From Vitrella brassicaformis CCMP3155 (taxonomy: Eukaryota; Protista; Chromerida): a DNA stretch of 64,000 bases. The stretch lies in NCBI GenBank assembly GCA_001179505.1, contig CDMY01000295.1, positions 310,001-374,000 on the forward strand, read 5' to 3'. Of the stretch, positions 48,153 through 61,266 are shown piece by piece. Made by a program: the position numbers and the translations under genes. Under the pieces are notes generated by a model. It did not search any database. It was not told the origin of the DNA and saw only the letters and a list, made by a program, of their open reading frames with translations. Position 1 is the stretch's first letter. Every line of letters starts with the position of its first letter.

Positions 48153-49482
48153 GAAGAAGCGATGTTGCGCGTAGCTAATGCGTGTGTCGTACTTGCGTTG
48201 TGCGCGTCCTGGATGGACAAGCTGAGCCCCTCGTAGTGGTGGCGCTTGGTGCCCACCTACACACACAGAAAGAGAGGGAGAGGAGAGGGAGCCGTGTACA
48301 CCAGACCAGACACCAGACAGACAGACAGCCACCCAGCCCAGCCCAGCCACAGGTTCAACCTGTGCTGACTGACTGACCATTTGCACGATTTCCTGGTCCG
48401 TTTCCATGCCCATGGCCTTGAGTACGATGGTGATGGGTATGTCCTCTGTGAAGGTGCTGTGGCGCATGTAGAGCCGGTTGTTCTTGTGCACCACCATGGT
48501 GCGGCTCTTGTTGTCCGTCGTCGCCGACGTCACCACCGCACACACGTTGTGCTTAGGGTCAGTCTCGACGATGATGCGATTCTTGCTGAGCTGCTCCTGC
48601 ATCAGGATCACCTGCACACACACACAATGCGCCGCGCCCTGTACGTGACTTGTGTCTGTTTTGATGCCATGTGTGTGCAGACTGACTGGCTGGCTGACCT
48701 TTTCGGTGCCCTTGATGATGAAGTATCCGCCCGGGTCGTAAGGGCACTCGCCCAACTGCTGCATGGCCTCGTGGCTCTTGCCGTGCAGCACACAGATGCA
48801 GCTGCGGAGCATGATGGGCAGCCGGCCGATCTCTGCATGTCTCTTGACCACGATCTGGTTGCCGCGGATGTACTCGACGTCCACCAGGATGGGCGCGGAG
48901 TAGGTGATGTCCCGGATGCGGCACTTCATTGGCGTCAGCGTCTCGCGCGACATGGCCAGGTCAGAGTAGGTCGCCACACCCACATGGACGTTCGTGTACC
49001 TGCCATCCATCCAGCCATCCCACCACACGCACACATACATTCTGTGTGTGTGCGTGTGGTGCCCCTTGGTTGGCTGACTGACTTGAGGTAGAATTTGGCG
49101 TCGGCTTCGCTGGTGACGAGGCAGTTGGATTTGGCCCTGACGATCTCCTTCATCTCGACATTCACAAAGTGGTTGTAGCTGTCGATGTGCTGCTTCACCA
49201 GCCCCCGCGCCTGCAGAAACGCCGGCAGCAGATTCCACTTCTCCTGTGGTGGGCCACACACCACACATACACACACACACACAGCAGCAGATTCAGTCAA
49301 CGTTCATGCATCCTGGTATGTTGTCTGTCTGTCACGAGTGGTCTCACCCCGATGTCAGAGATTGGCCTGGCAGCTTGGAAGACCGACGGCTGGTCTTCGC
49401 CCTCATGCTGCATGTCCTCATCGGCCTCGTCGTCCTCCTCCGGCAGGGAAAATCGCACACGCTTGGCCCGCTTCCCAAACAT
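42613..49482 (-). CDS. RPC2: RNA polymerase III second-largest subunit
   Basis: [150 protein letters not shown]. The Pol III-type N-terminus separates it from RPB2. Confidence 0.96.
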
Positions 49483-49948
49483 CGCGAGTGGTCGCCGGCC
49501 AATAGATCCGCGGCTGCTGCTGCAGCCAGCCTTCGATTGGCCCTTTGAAAGCGCCTTATAGAGCTGGAGAGTCCATCATAAGCGTGACCCCAAGCTGACA
49601 CAGATCTTTCAAGAGATGTGGCGAATGAAAGATGCTGGTGCTTCAGATGGTCGTCAGAGCTTCCAACGGGCACCCATACTGGGAAAAAGGCGCCACTTTC
49701 AGAAAAGCTCGCAAAGGCAGAGCGAGGAAGAAGGCGCCGGGGCTTTGATGAGCATCTCACACATCAGCAGCTCTCAGTCGCTACCCCTTTCTGTCTGGTG
49801 CCGCTCATTCGTCGACCTTCCCGGAAGATCTCTCACTTCGCACTGAAGTTCGCAGCAGGGCTTTTCGGCTTTCTGCTGCCGTCGAGGCTTGAAGACGTCC
49901 CCTCTCAGCGCGGCTGCCCTACACAAGCCAGATTCACTTCATCGCCGC

Positions 49949-52320
49949 ATGACGGGGACGGACCAGGACCCTTCGCACATCCCTTCAAAACGGCCTCGTG
50001 TTGAGGCGAAAGATGTCCCGCCCGTTCACGGTCATCGCCTAGCTGGAGCCATCCGCCGTAACGATGCTCTCAGCTGGTTCGTGGAGCGTCTCTTCCAGCA
50101 GAGCATGCTGTTCATGGAGGTGCTGGGCCTGTTATCTTTTGTGGAGTGCGTTCGTCTGGCCGAGCTATGCCGCACCGTCCATGCGGCGCTCTGCGACTTC
50201 ATTGAGGTGGTACGGAGCAGCACCTGCAGTGCACTTCCTGCCCTCTCCGACCAGAGGACCGTCCAGCACATCGTTATTCTGCTTCCGCCGACATCGCTAG
50301 CCACCAGCGAGTACCTGAGCGAGGAAGGTCGGCTGGGCGATGCGCTCAGAGAACGGCTGACTCGAACTGTCAAGACAGTCACAATAACCCAACCCATGGA
50401 GGTCAAGCCCCCTGCCCCGTGGAGCCGCCACCTGTTGGCTCTGCCCCGTCCCCTTGAGTCCACGTCGTTCGAGCACGTCAAGTCGATAAGGACCAACACA
50501 GCAGACGGCTTTGTCTTCTTGCATCGCCAGTGCTTCGAGTTCCCGGCCCTGGAGAGCCACAGTGGTTCACTGATGCCGCACGACGCTCTCCTCGACATCG
50601 ACAAAGAGTTCGACAGGGACGAGGCCATCGGAGGGCCTGAGGATGCGTGTGATCGGTGCGAGGACTATTTCGATCTCAGCCTGCTTGATGCCGTGGTCAG
50701 TGGCATGGTGACCCGTTGCCCTACACTGACGCACGTCGATGTCTGGCCCATCCACGCCCGGATGGACAGGACGATCGAGGCCATTGGGGGTCTTCTCCAA
50801 GTCGAGCACCTTGGTCACCTCCTCCTCTTCGACACGCTGGATGGACCTCGAAATCGTTCGGTCCTGAAGGCACTGCGGTCGATCAGTGGACTCGCGCCCC
50901 TTCCTGCTGGCAAGAAGCGGATCCTACGTTTGTGGTGCTCCCTGTCCACAACCCCGTCGCAGCCCGCGGTTTTCCTTCCATTGAGAGATGATGATGGTGA
51001 CTCGCTGACGCCCGACACGCTGCAGCTGGTGCTGGATGTGGAGGAGAGGGGATGGTGTGTGGCCTTCGACGGTGGGAGGAGCGAGCTGTGCTGCGCTCAT
51101 GTTCTCCATCATCATCTGCCCTTTTTCGACGATTTCGCCCATTTCGACGATTTCGAGCCGCCCCGTCCTACTGCCGAGTTGCAGCAGCGGATTGTGTCGT
51201 GTGTACAGCGGCACGCGGCAGCCAGCCAGGTGGTGCAAGTGAAGTACTTGTCTGACGGCACACCAATTAGCGACGCATTCCGGCCTCTTCGCTTTGACTC
51301 AGCCAGGGTGCTGGTGGCTGGCCACGGCGCCCTCACAATGAGAGCGGCTGACGACAAGAGGTTTCGAGCAATCCCAAACTGGCTGGGCGAAGACGGGGCA
51401 CTGGCTGGCGTCTGCCAACTCCGGCTTGACCGAGTGGGTGTCACTGGGGGTCCGAGCCCGTCCTACCATTGTCGTCCTCTTGTGGGGCGTGCCACGGCCT
51501 TCGCACGTCGCCCAAACAATCTGAGCCGCCTGCTGCAGCGCCTCACTCTTGGCCGCGCCCCGCAGACCTCGTTCTCAAGCGTCAAGATGCAGTACGTGAC
51601 GGGAGAGATGGTGGCCGAGTGCCTCTCGTACCTGCCTGCGAACACCCGCATCGACCACCTCGAGATCAAGGGCTGCATGGAGACCGACGAGCTCAGCAAA
51701 TCCGACAGCGGCTGCCCCAATCCTGCCGCCGAGAGAGTGCTGACCTTCGCCCCCGCCCACCTCACTCGCCACTACCCACCCGTCAAGACCATCAGCATCG
51801 ACCTCCGCCATCAGCCCTTCGATGATGACGATGAAGAATGGTTCGGGGTCGATGACCTGGAGGAGGTGTCGCCGGCCGTCCTGAGCCGTGTGTACCGGCT
51901 CTTGCATGAGTGCCGGCCAGTGGAAGGGACGGTCAAGGGCGTCCTCATGAAGGCGGCGTGGTTCGACCAGCCGTGGGATGAGGAGTGGCTCAAGACGCAG
52001 GTCAGTGAGGGCTGGGGCGACGATCCTACTCATCACATTTCGTGTGTTGTTGTGCCCTCGCGTCGTGTCAGATTGTGTTAATGTATCGCCACCCGAACCA
52101 CGGCCGATTCTACCACTGTGAGGCGACCCAGCTGGAGGTGCTGCACCAGCCCAAGATCTCTGTATTCCACTACGACTACCCCCTCTGGGGAGAGGAAGCG
52201 AGGGAGGACCTGCGTCAGCATCCGAGCGACCACATGGTGAAGTTTGATTTGGTGGTGCGCCGCTCATCTGGTCGCTCGTCAGAGCTCACCCAGCCGCCCA
52301 TCACTGACTTTATGTTGTGA
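49949..52320 (+). CDS. F-box-like/LRR-like lineage-specific protein with C-terminal PIP-box-like motif
   Basis: NLS-like PSKRPR and F-box-like LFMEVLGLLSFVECVRLAELCRTVHAAL. Long exon to 52000; intron 52001-52071 (GTCAGT...TCAG) joins in frame to an exon ending QPPITDFML*. Confidence 0.65.
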
Positions 52321-52680
52321 GAGGGTGCTGCAGTAGTGGCGTCGAGTGCGAGATGGATGGAGTGAGTGCGTGTGTTCCTTTCGGACGGGCATCGTTGAGT
52401 GTCTGTGTTGTCGTCGACTGATATGTATATGGATGGACTCATCGGCAGCATAGTCAAAGTGTTTTGTTCCTCCATGATTGATTCACATGTACCACTACAC
52501 GACACCCGCACATGTCACTCCATTCATGCATAACCTGACAGACATGAACAGCAGGCGGGAACGCAAGCGCCGCGCGCGTTTGTCGTAAATTTAAATTGGA
52601 AATCCTGGCCTCCCTCTCTTTTCCGCTCGCTTTTCCTCTTTCCTGCTTCAATCTTTCTTCCCACCAGCTGTTGCTCAACC

Positions 52681-55600
52681 ATGGATGGCCCGGCCGAGCG
52701 TCTGACGGCTCAGCAGGCCGCCCTTGCCGTCGGCAAGAAACGGAAACCGGAGGACGAGGATGACCATGACGTCGACGATTACGATGACGGTGACCGCATG
52801 AGCATCAGCAGCAGCAGCAGTGGGTCGGATTGGGAGGCCGACCGGCGCCGCAAGAAGGGCGGGCGCCACGCCAAGAAGATGAAGAGCAACGACGGCCGGG
52901 CTAAGGGGAAGAAGGCCAGCATGGCGACTAAGGGCAGATCTGACGGCGCTGCGGCAGAAACTGACGACGTGGAGATGCAGGTGGGAGGGAATCCCAAAGC
53001 GCATCATACACAATGGGGCGGAAATGCTTCATCCACTGTCTGTGTTGGTTGTGTTTGTGTTTTGTATGCAGGTTGCTGATGAGTTGAGTCCCGCTGACGT
53101 GCTGAGTGCGCTCGGCGGCATGGTGGAGAAGCTACAGGCGCAGATACAATGCATCGAAGAAACAAAGGCTGAGGTGGGTGGGCGGAGGGAAGCGTGAAAG
53201 GGATGTGTGTGCGGATGTGTCATGTCCGTACGTGTCGTGTTCGCCAGGCTGAGCGTGTGTTTGAGTTGAAGATGGGTCTGCCGCAGCCCGACTCCCCCGC
53301 ATGGAGGTGACACACAGACACAGCACCAAACAACCACACACCACCGCACATCGCAGCCGTTCACATCTCTGTGTGTGTGTGTGTCATTCCGTCAGCTTTC
53401 GTGGCGTGCAGGAAGTTGAGCGTCAGTTTCGTGTGTTGGCGTCTATGGTGACGCGCGACGTCGAGGTGCGGACGCAGTCAGCCAAGACAGCGACGCACCA
53501 GATGGCGCAGACATCCAAGAAACTCGACATCATGGAGCAGAAGATCAACAAACTCAACCAACATGAAGATGAGGAGGTACACATCCGCACACACGCACAT
53601 ACACACGCACACACAATTGCTTACACATGTCGTCATAGGATGCAACGCATCCTCTGTGTCCGTTTGCTTTGTAATATGTCAGGTCGCTTCGTGTTTGGAG
53701 GGGCTGGCTGAGGCGTTGTGGACGGGTGACGGCGAGCGTTTGGGCGTGTCGGGCTTCCTGGGCTACACGTCCTTCATGCAGTCGCTGTCCAGTGTGAGCA
53801 CCTACTTCAGAGCACTCAGCCTCAAGAGCGAGGGGCACCCCATCCTGGAGCTGGACAAGTCGCCTACTGAGGACATCGCAAAGAAACTCATACGTGAGAG
53901 ACACAACGGGACACATAAGCACATGCACGATGTAATGATATGTGTGGTGGGTGTGTGGTCAGGTCGTTTGTCTGTGAGGCGTCTTCGTATGAGCCACTGC
54001 CCCACCCCCGCCCTCGTGCGTCTCGTCGATGGGTTTGCAGCCACCCTGGAGACCCTGCAACTGACGGGAGAGGCAGCGAACCACATCGGGCAGGGTAAGC
54101 AAAGGAACAGAAAGACAAGAGACGGAATTGCCTGGACATAATTTTGCGTCCTTTCTTGGTGTGTCTACCATGGTGGAAGAGGGAGGGCGTCGCTACCGAG
54201 GGTTTTTCTACGGAGAAGACCGCAAGCCGATCGCGTCGCCACGCAGCACGGAACCAGTGGCCTTCCCGCGTCTGCACAAGGTGACGGTGCAGGGGGCCTG
54301 GAGCAACATCGCACAGGTGCGTCAGCCTCCACAGTCCCTGTGTCATCAGTGCTGGATGATGCGCTCATCTGCAGGATCGTGACTACCAGCTCCCCGTGTT
54401 GAAGTCACTGACCGTGGACAGCATCCATGACCGAGTAGGCTGCCTCAGCTGGATCCGCAGAGCATCAGCCGGCTTGTCATCGCTTCATGTCAAAGACGAC
54501 TACGTGAGAGAGAAGACGCGAGAGGGAAGAAGCGGTCAGAGAAAGTGTCCTCTTATTGTTGTTGCAGGCCACCACTCTCGATGCTGTCGCAACGGCCATC
54601 ACCGACACACCATCAGGTTACAGAAACGCTTCAAGAAAACACCTCATGCATCATATGGCTTCCTGCCACATTCAGCCAACACCCTCGTCTGCCTCAAGGG
54701 CGCCATCTTCGGTCCCAACAGCAGCAGCCGATTCCTCGAGCTCATCGACAAGCGGCTGGGAGGGCAGAAGCTCTGCAACATCGACGTGTGGCTGGCGCGT
54801 ATCACAACTATTGCAGCCGTGCAGGTCCGTCGGGGATCCACAGAACAAATTTCAGTCGTCGTGATACTCACGGGCTGCTCTTTCTGATGTGTTTCTCATT
54901 CTTCACCAGGCTCTCCATCGCTTCCGCACGTCGTACCTCGAGCCTGGAGCGACGGAGGTGTATCGTCGGATTCAAGAGAACGGCATCCACCTCCCTCTTG
55001 ATGGAGACCCCACCCAGCTGGCCGACTGCCTGCCCACCGCCCAGCTGTGCTGCGACATCCCTCAGGAGGTGACCCTCCGGACACACGCTCAGCCAGGCGG
55101 CGGAGTGTTCGACGGCCCCCTCGTCTGCCCGAAGGCTAAGCAGCTGACCATCGAGTACTCCAACCAGCCTGCCCCACTCCCTGCCTATGTCGTGTCTGAT
55201 CCCTCTTCCCTCTTCCCATCTGTCGAGTGTGTTGTGGTTAAGCAAGGAGAGGAAGGCAGTCGCTTCTACGAGGGGGGCGTGGCCTCCGTGCAGAGCGTGT
55301 CGGTCGAGGTGTCTGCCCGTGCGAATCCTGAGGCCAGGCTGTGTCTCGTGCCTGATTGTGTGGGCCATCTGTCTTGCCAAGGCAGGCCTTTGCCTGTGCA
55401 CATGACGGTCGATCTGCTGCGACCACCACACCATCACTGGCATGACGGCCATGACCAGCTTTTCCATTCCATCCACTGGTCTTTGTATGGCAACAGCGAG
55501 GATGGCAGGGAGGCCATGCAGAGGCGTGTATCTCGCCTTCAGATCGACATCAAGTCAGGCGACGGCTATCGCAACAAGCACTCGTGGCTGTCGAGTGATG

Positions 55601-55851
55601 AGGGCAGGCAGATGTACACTTCGTTTGCTGCGTGTGTGGCCGATGCATTCGAGAGTTTTTCCCCCTCTCTCAAGCGCATCGTTTTGGTACCGCAGCCCAG
55701 GCCGGCCTTCGGGCTGGTGGGGCATCTGAGAGAGGCAAGCAAGAAAAGGTTCATCGTGTCGAATATGGACGCAGAGGGGGCCATCGAGATGCGCCCAGCC
55801 AAGAAGGGAGGCAAAAGAGACAAGCCAGCCCACTCACTGCTAAGGGAGTGA
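52681..55851 (+). CDS. Multi-exon unknown: acidic/basic NLS N-terminus, coiled coil, F-box-like segment, LRR-like C-terminal region
   Basis: KKRKPEDEDD and RRRKKGGR; coiled coil EVERQF...KLDIMEQKINKL; GFLGYTSFMQSLSSVSTYFRAL; LRR-like LPVLKSLTV and FPRLHKVTV. Exons join in frame at GT-AG sites. Confidence 0.6.
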
Positions 55852-56423
55852 CATGACCACAAGACACACCAGGCATCCCTCACCACACGGTCACATTGGT
55901 CAGTGCAGACGTGGATATCGATGCCGATTTTGATACATGAGATGTCCACATGTTCCCCCTGTTGATCGCAGTGTATGGTTTTGTCGCTTCGTGTGATCGT
56001 GAACAGACGGCCCTCTTCGATGGACATATGTACACAAAAGACAAGACAGACAGACAGAAAGAGAGAAACAGACTGGCTCCTGATCCCTTTCCCTCCATGA
56101 TGCACGTCGACTGATGACACACATTCATTGTTTCTGTGTGAGAGATGGACACTTTGTGTTGGAACGTCTCACTAAGCCCGAAATGAACAGAGAAACCATT
56201 GAAACGACCGCCTTCCGTCAGCTAAGCTCGCAGAGAGTGAAACGGGAAGGGAGCTCCAAGGGAGGGAGGAGGAAAGGAGGCCGACGACCAGGTGCGTCAG
56301 CAACATTGTGTTATCCCAACTTCCAGGTGCGTTGGCGAGCCAATGGCGACATTGCGTTGAATGAAGGGATGATACGTGACAGTGTGATCTGTGTCTGTGT
56401 GTGCAGGAGTGTCGCTTAGCGTC

Positions 56424-58232
56424 ATGGGCCAGTCGCCGTCTGCCGCACCGCAAGCACCTCACACACAGGCGGTGCCGCCCGACTACAAGGGACTGGATGT
56501 CGTCGACATCATTCCCAACGAGGGGATGGTGGGTCGGATAGCGGAGACTGGAGGCATCCGTCCTCTCAGTCCTCCCTCCCGGCAGCTGCTGGAGGGCTGC
56601 ATCCGCCGCAGCTTCACCGACGTCAGTCAAGTCAAACAACTGCTCCGCCAAGGAGCCGACCCGAGATCCTGCGGCGGCCTTCGTGTCCACGGCACCATTT
56701 TGACTCCGCCTTGGCAATACAGCTGCCTGACTTTGGCCATCGACAGCCCATTAAGCCGCCCATCCCTCGTTAACGACCCATTCATCGACAACGCCGATGG
56801 CTCGGCCGTCCGTTTTCCGCCCGTTGTCCTTCCCCAGTGGTCCTCCCGTCAGCTGCAGTGTGACATCATCAACGCACTTATCGACGGCGGGGCGGACGTC
56901 AATGCGGCCGAAGGCCTTTTTGGACGTGTGGCGGACAGGCCCATCAGGGTGGCCGTTGCGGCGGGCAATCTGGCGGCCGTGCAGACCCTGCTGGCGGGCA
57001 ACCCCAACGTGCGGGGCTTTGCGGTGATGCGGGTCCCCTTCCTTCCCTATGGTGACCTCTCCCTCACTCGTGAGTACGAGGACGCCGTCATGTGTATCAT
57101 CCGGCGGCTCATCCAACACGACAGCACACTCGCAACGGAGCTCTTCTTTGGGGACAATCTGGTCCATCTGGCAGCCAGGAGCCCTTCTGCCTTCTCCCAG
57201 CAGTTCATCGACCAGTACCTGGACCTCATCACCAGCCATGGCGCCGAAATGACGGCAAATGGCAGGGTGCACGGGACACCATTGCACATGGCGGCAGCGC
57301 ATGGGTCCCCCTATGTGGCTGATTGGCTGTGCCGCCGGCTCACAGCCGAGGACATCAACAGAGGGAGCCCGAACCATCCTGGCATCACACCCCTCTCAGA
57401 GGCTGCCGAAGGGCTCGATCGCCTCATCCAACACCAGCAGCAGCTGCAGCAATATGGAGAGGGCCAAGTGGAGCGGTGGTCGAGACGATTCCGCCACCAC
57501 AAGACCATCACCTGGACGCTGCTGAGGGGTGGGGCTGCGCCATCGATCAGCCGCATGCCCAACGACACCCAGCAGTACCGCCGTCAGCGTCAGGTGGTGC
57601 TCACCGAGTATGCCACAGTGCTGAATGAGCTGTCTGAGGTCGTCATCTTGGCCATCAATGCCGCCCTCGCCCCCCAGCGCGACCACTCGATGCTTCTCGC
57701 CCGTCTGCTGCCCCTCGCCCCCCACCACGACGGCGCCCACCCCCACCCCTCCCCATCCAACATGGCATTCGGACCACACGAGGCTGAGGCCATCGCATGG
57801 AGGATCGGCGCCTTCCTGCACGAGCCTTCGGCGGCTTCGGCGGCCATCGACGAGTACCTCATCGGCGACTCGCTGCTGAGGCGCCGCATCCGTGCGGCCG
57901 TCGGCCACTTCGTCAAGTCGGCGGCCACTCAAACGAGCAGCAACAGGGAGGTGGTGGGCGGCGTGGCCAGTGTGGGCGGCGTGATGGTGCGTGTGCCGCT
58001 GCAGTGCTTCGCCCTCCGTGGCAGTGGCAGCCGTGTGGTGCTGACGGGTGTGCGTGAGGTTATCCATCGGGCCCGGCTGGACGAGGCGGCGCAGCATGGT
58101 GTGGTGGGGGTGGTGAAGGGCTTCAATGAGCACCTGGGCGACCTGGACTGCCAGTTCGAGTGGGGCGTCTGTCCAGGACCGGACTGTTTGTGCCGCTGGG
58201 CATCGACTGAGAGGGAGAGGGCTCTAGTGTAG
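56424..58232 (+). CDS. Ankyrin-repeat protein, copy 3 (C-terminus frameshifted by a 10-nt deletion)
   Basis: Paralogue of copies 1, 2 and 4. True ATG at 56424 after a UTR intron. Ends EWGVCPGPDCLCRWASTERERALV rather than EWGQLGRLSRxGLFVSLGID. Confidence 0.85.
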   Translation: MGQSPSAAPQAPHTQAVPPDYKGLDVVDIIPNEGMVGRIAETGGIRPLSPPSRQLLEGCIRRSFTDVSQVKQLLRQGADPRSCGGLRVHGTILTPPWQYSCLTLAIDSPLSRPSLVNDPFIDNADGSAVRFPPVVLPQWSSRQLQCDIINALIDGGADVNAAEGLFGRVADRPIRVAVAAGNLAAVQTLLAGNPNVRGFAVMRVPFLPYGDLSLTREYEDAVMCIIRRLIQHDSTLATELFFGDNLVHLAARSPSAFSQQFIDQYLDLITSHGAEMTANGRVHGTPLHMAAAHGSPYVADWLCRRLTAEDINRGSPNHPGITPLSEAAEGLDRLIQHQQQLQQYGEGQVERWSRRFRHHKTITWTLLRGGAAPSISRMPNDTQQYRRQRQVVLTEYATVLNELSEVVILAINAALAPQRDHSMLLARLLPLAPHHDGAHPHPSPSNMAFGPHEAEAIAWRIGAFLHEPSAASAAIDEYLIGDSLLRRRIRAAVGHFVKSAATQTSSNREVVGGVASVGGVMVRVPLQCFALRGSGSRVVLTGVREVIHRARLDEAAQHGVVGVVKGFNEHLGDLDCQFEWGVCPGPDCLCRWASTERERALV

Positions 58233-58489
58233 AGGGCGACGCGGCTGCATGTCTTGCTGCTTCTTGGTGCAGTTCAATGACACTTGTGTTCGCGAAGCTC
58301 ACCGGGCTTGTGTGCGGGGAGACAGCATTGACTCGATTCATGTCAAATCGTGTCTGTACCTTGCGTGGCCTCGCGAAAAAATGAAGCGTCTCTCGCGCCG
58401 GTCACGGGTGATAAATGAGCACTGTGTGAGGGTTAGTGAATGACACACTTGATCTCACAGCTGGATTGAGTCCATTAATATCATGCTTG

Positions 58490-60184
58490 TCACTCACTCC
58501 ACTCAGCTGAGCAGAACCCGCGCCCGCCCGCCCGCCCTTGACCTAGCACATGCCATCCATGCACACACAGGTAGCTATGCGATGAGGATGGAAGCCGCGC
58601 CAGCTCCAGCACCACACCTGACTGCATCTCTCCCTCACCCACCCCATGTATGTAGTCAGTTCTCACCCCGTAGTAAGCTCTCTCTGCCTGACCGATGCAC
58701 TGCTCGACCACCGAGCGCAGGGCAGCCTCCCTGCACTGACCCCCATCGTGTCGGTGAAGGAGAGAAAGAGTCAGACGAGCGGTTGCAGGTCGCACAGCAG
58801 CGACAAATGCACACCGAGAGACAAGTTGGACATCGTCTACCATGTCACATTGAAAGTGGATATTCAGCGAGGCGACGTGGGGACATTGGGCGGCGTGCTG
58901 TGAGATGGCGAGCAGCTGTGAGCAGCTGGCCGATGCCTTCACACAGACTCTCTCTAGCTTGACTGTAGAGGGCAGATGCGAGAGGCAAAAAGCTGCCCTG
59001 CCCGGGCGCAGTACGGACTCTACATCGAGTGTCGTGAGCCTATCTAATGTGCCCAGCAACGCACCCACGCCGTTGGGCTCTTCAGGAGCGTCATCATGCG
59101 CCACCCACTGGCCGTCGCGGACATGGAGGTTGGCGATGTTGGGCAGGTGGCGATTGCCACCGGTGTGGCTCTTCACGGCCATCCACTGCGGCACACTCGA
59201 GAAGTCCCGAAACTTCTCCACTCCGGCCACCATGAGCTTAGTGGCAGAGTTGAAGACCATCAGGCTCGCCCACGAGCCGTGCAGAGGCTTTCCCCCACAC
59301 ATCAAAGTGACCTGCATCCAGCAGAAAAGCACTCAGGCAGACAGGGCACAGAATGAGATGATCGTCTCTCTGTCGCCTCTACGTATCATGGTGAGCTTCT
59401 CACCTTATGTGCTGTGCTGGAGATGTCTTTGATCATCTTAGCCATGGGGCCAGTGGGTGCAGGAGGGGAAGCGACGAGGTCCCTGGAGCAATCCACAGTC
59501 ACCTCACGCGCCCTCCACTCGACCGTGCACTTGACCGAAGCTGAAGACGGACACGAACACACACACACACACACACAAAACACCGCTGACTGTGCCCGCC
59601 AAATGGGTGACTGCCTGGTTTGTGCTGCAGTGGAGCTACCTGCCCAGTCGAGGAAGGCACTTGGGCTCAAGGCGTTGTGGGACAACGGATGGAGCACCTT
59701 ACTCGCGAAGGGCACCAAGATCTCTTGTCTGACCTTCAGGCCGAGCCTCTTCTCAACGCCTGTCCAGCAGCGAGTAATACAGGCAAACAAGTATGCGGTC
59801 TATGGTCCCCTGCTCACCCACCTCTCAGCTGACTGACTGACCTTGCATATTGGGTCGTCTCCAGATTGGGTCGAGAGCCCGCTTGAGCTTGCCCAGGTCC
59901 GTCATGTCCGTCCATCTCCGGCGCAGCTCCAGCCATCGGATGTCTGTCAGGTCGGGGCATCTCTCCGGCAGGGAAGCAAAATCGTTGTCGATACGCAGGC
60001 GATCGGTCGCTGCAAACATACACACATGTGATAGGTGGCTTCATGTAGGACGTCATTGCTCACACAGGGATTTGAGCTTGGGAGCACGCTCCAGCATTCT
60101 CTCGATGTCTCGAGTGTTATTCCCCTGCCGATGTGCCTGCTGACGGGTATGAGGCGGGAGTGGACGAGGCCTCAAGGGTGGCAT
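58490..60184 (-). CDS. Hypothetical LRR-like lineage-specific protein (exon structure partly unresolved, possibly degenerate)
   Basis: Long terminal exon with LRR-like LPNIANLHVR, LDRLTTLDVE, CPHVASLNI. Upstream exons ERCPDLTDIRWLEL and MPPLRPR...MLERAPKLKSL. One junction near 59810 could not be put in frame. Confidence 0.45.
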
Positions 60185-60269
60185 CTCTCTGTTTTTGCTG
60201 TGTTCTCAGTTGTCGTTGATGGCTTCGCTGAGACAGAGGCCGCTGACTGAGTGACCAGGTGCGCCAGCA
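60112..60269. repeat. 158-bp direct repeat, copy A
   Basis: Matches 61267-61424 at 157/158 positions by eye (ggcctcaag vs ggccccaag). Confidence 0.92.
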
Positions 60270-60489
60270 GTCGGCACAATCAGTCACCAGGCCAAAGGGC
60301 AGCCGCACGCAGCAAGCAAGTGTGGCTGAGCCATCGCATCTCATCAAAATGCATGTCAGCCGACTCGTGAGTACACAAGATCTGATCGGCACACACCACC
60401 ACACACACAACAAGAGCTCATGTGTCCGCTGCCGTGCCCGTCCCGTGCTCCATCGTGCACCAGGCATCTCGGTGGCTGGCTACCACCAC

Positions 60490-61142
60490 CTTGTCCTTTC
60501 CCGCATAATGTCCAGCAGCCTTTTCTTCAGAGTGCTGTTTTCAGCCTTGAGTCCTGACACCTTCAGGATCAGCTCGTCGTTGAGCTTCCTCGCCTGACTC
60601 AGATCGGCTCGAAGCAGCTGCTCCTCACGCCGACGGCCCTGCAGTGCGTCATCGCATCAGCAACCGCCACCAGACGGACAGGCAGACAGTTGCTGCCGGC
60701 CCATCGTGTTGCCTGTCTGCCTGTCTGTCTGCCTGTCTGTCTAGCTGTCTGTGTGTGGTTGTGTGTGTGGCTACCGATTCGACCCAGAGGGTAGTTGAGT
60801 GTGAAGGCTGCGCATAAGCTGCAGATGCCAATCACCTGCACGGACCTCTTCGAGACCACCTCCAGCGGCGTCAAGCTCTTGGAAGCGGCCGAGCCCATCG
60901 GCATGACGATGAAATAATGACCAAACCCACAGATCTCTCATGGCATTGCAGCCGATGGGCCCATTGGGCCTTCCACCGCCCTGTGCTTTGTAAGGAGCTC
61001 CTTCCGCGTTACAGGCCCAAGCGCGCAAATGGCTAGGGCGTTCCCTGAAACTGCTCCAGCTGGTGGCGACCCCGAGGAGCCCCACCCCAGAGAGCATAGA
61101 TGACGCTTTCACAGGTATTCCACATCGTAAGGAAGTAAACAA
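60490..61142 (-). CDS. Possible coiled-coil gene fragment between the direct repeats
   Basis: In-frame splice ...DAAGGGLEE|GRRREEQLLRADLSQARKLNDELILKVSGLKAENSTLKKRL. Start and end not established. Confidence 0.35.
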
Positions 61143-61266
61143 ATGAACAAGTCGAGCATCATGATGAAGCTCCGTTTGTTTGCCACCTTGTCGGGCCGTG
61201 ACCAGGTGAGCCCTGGGTGAAGCAAATCGGGGTGAATCAGCAATCGGAGTACCAGCATTGCTCTCG

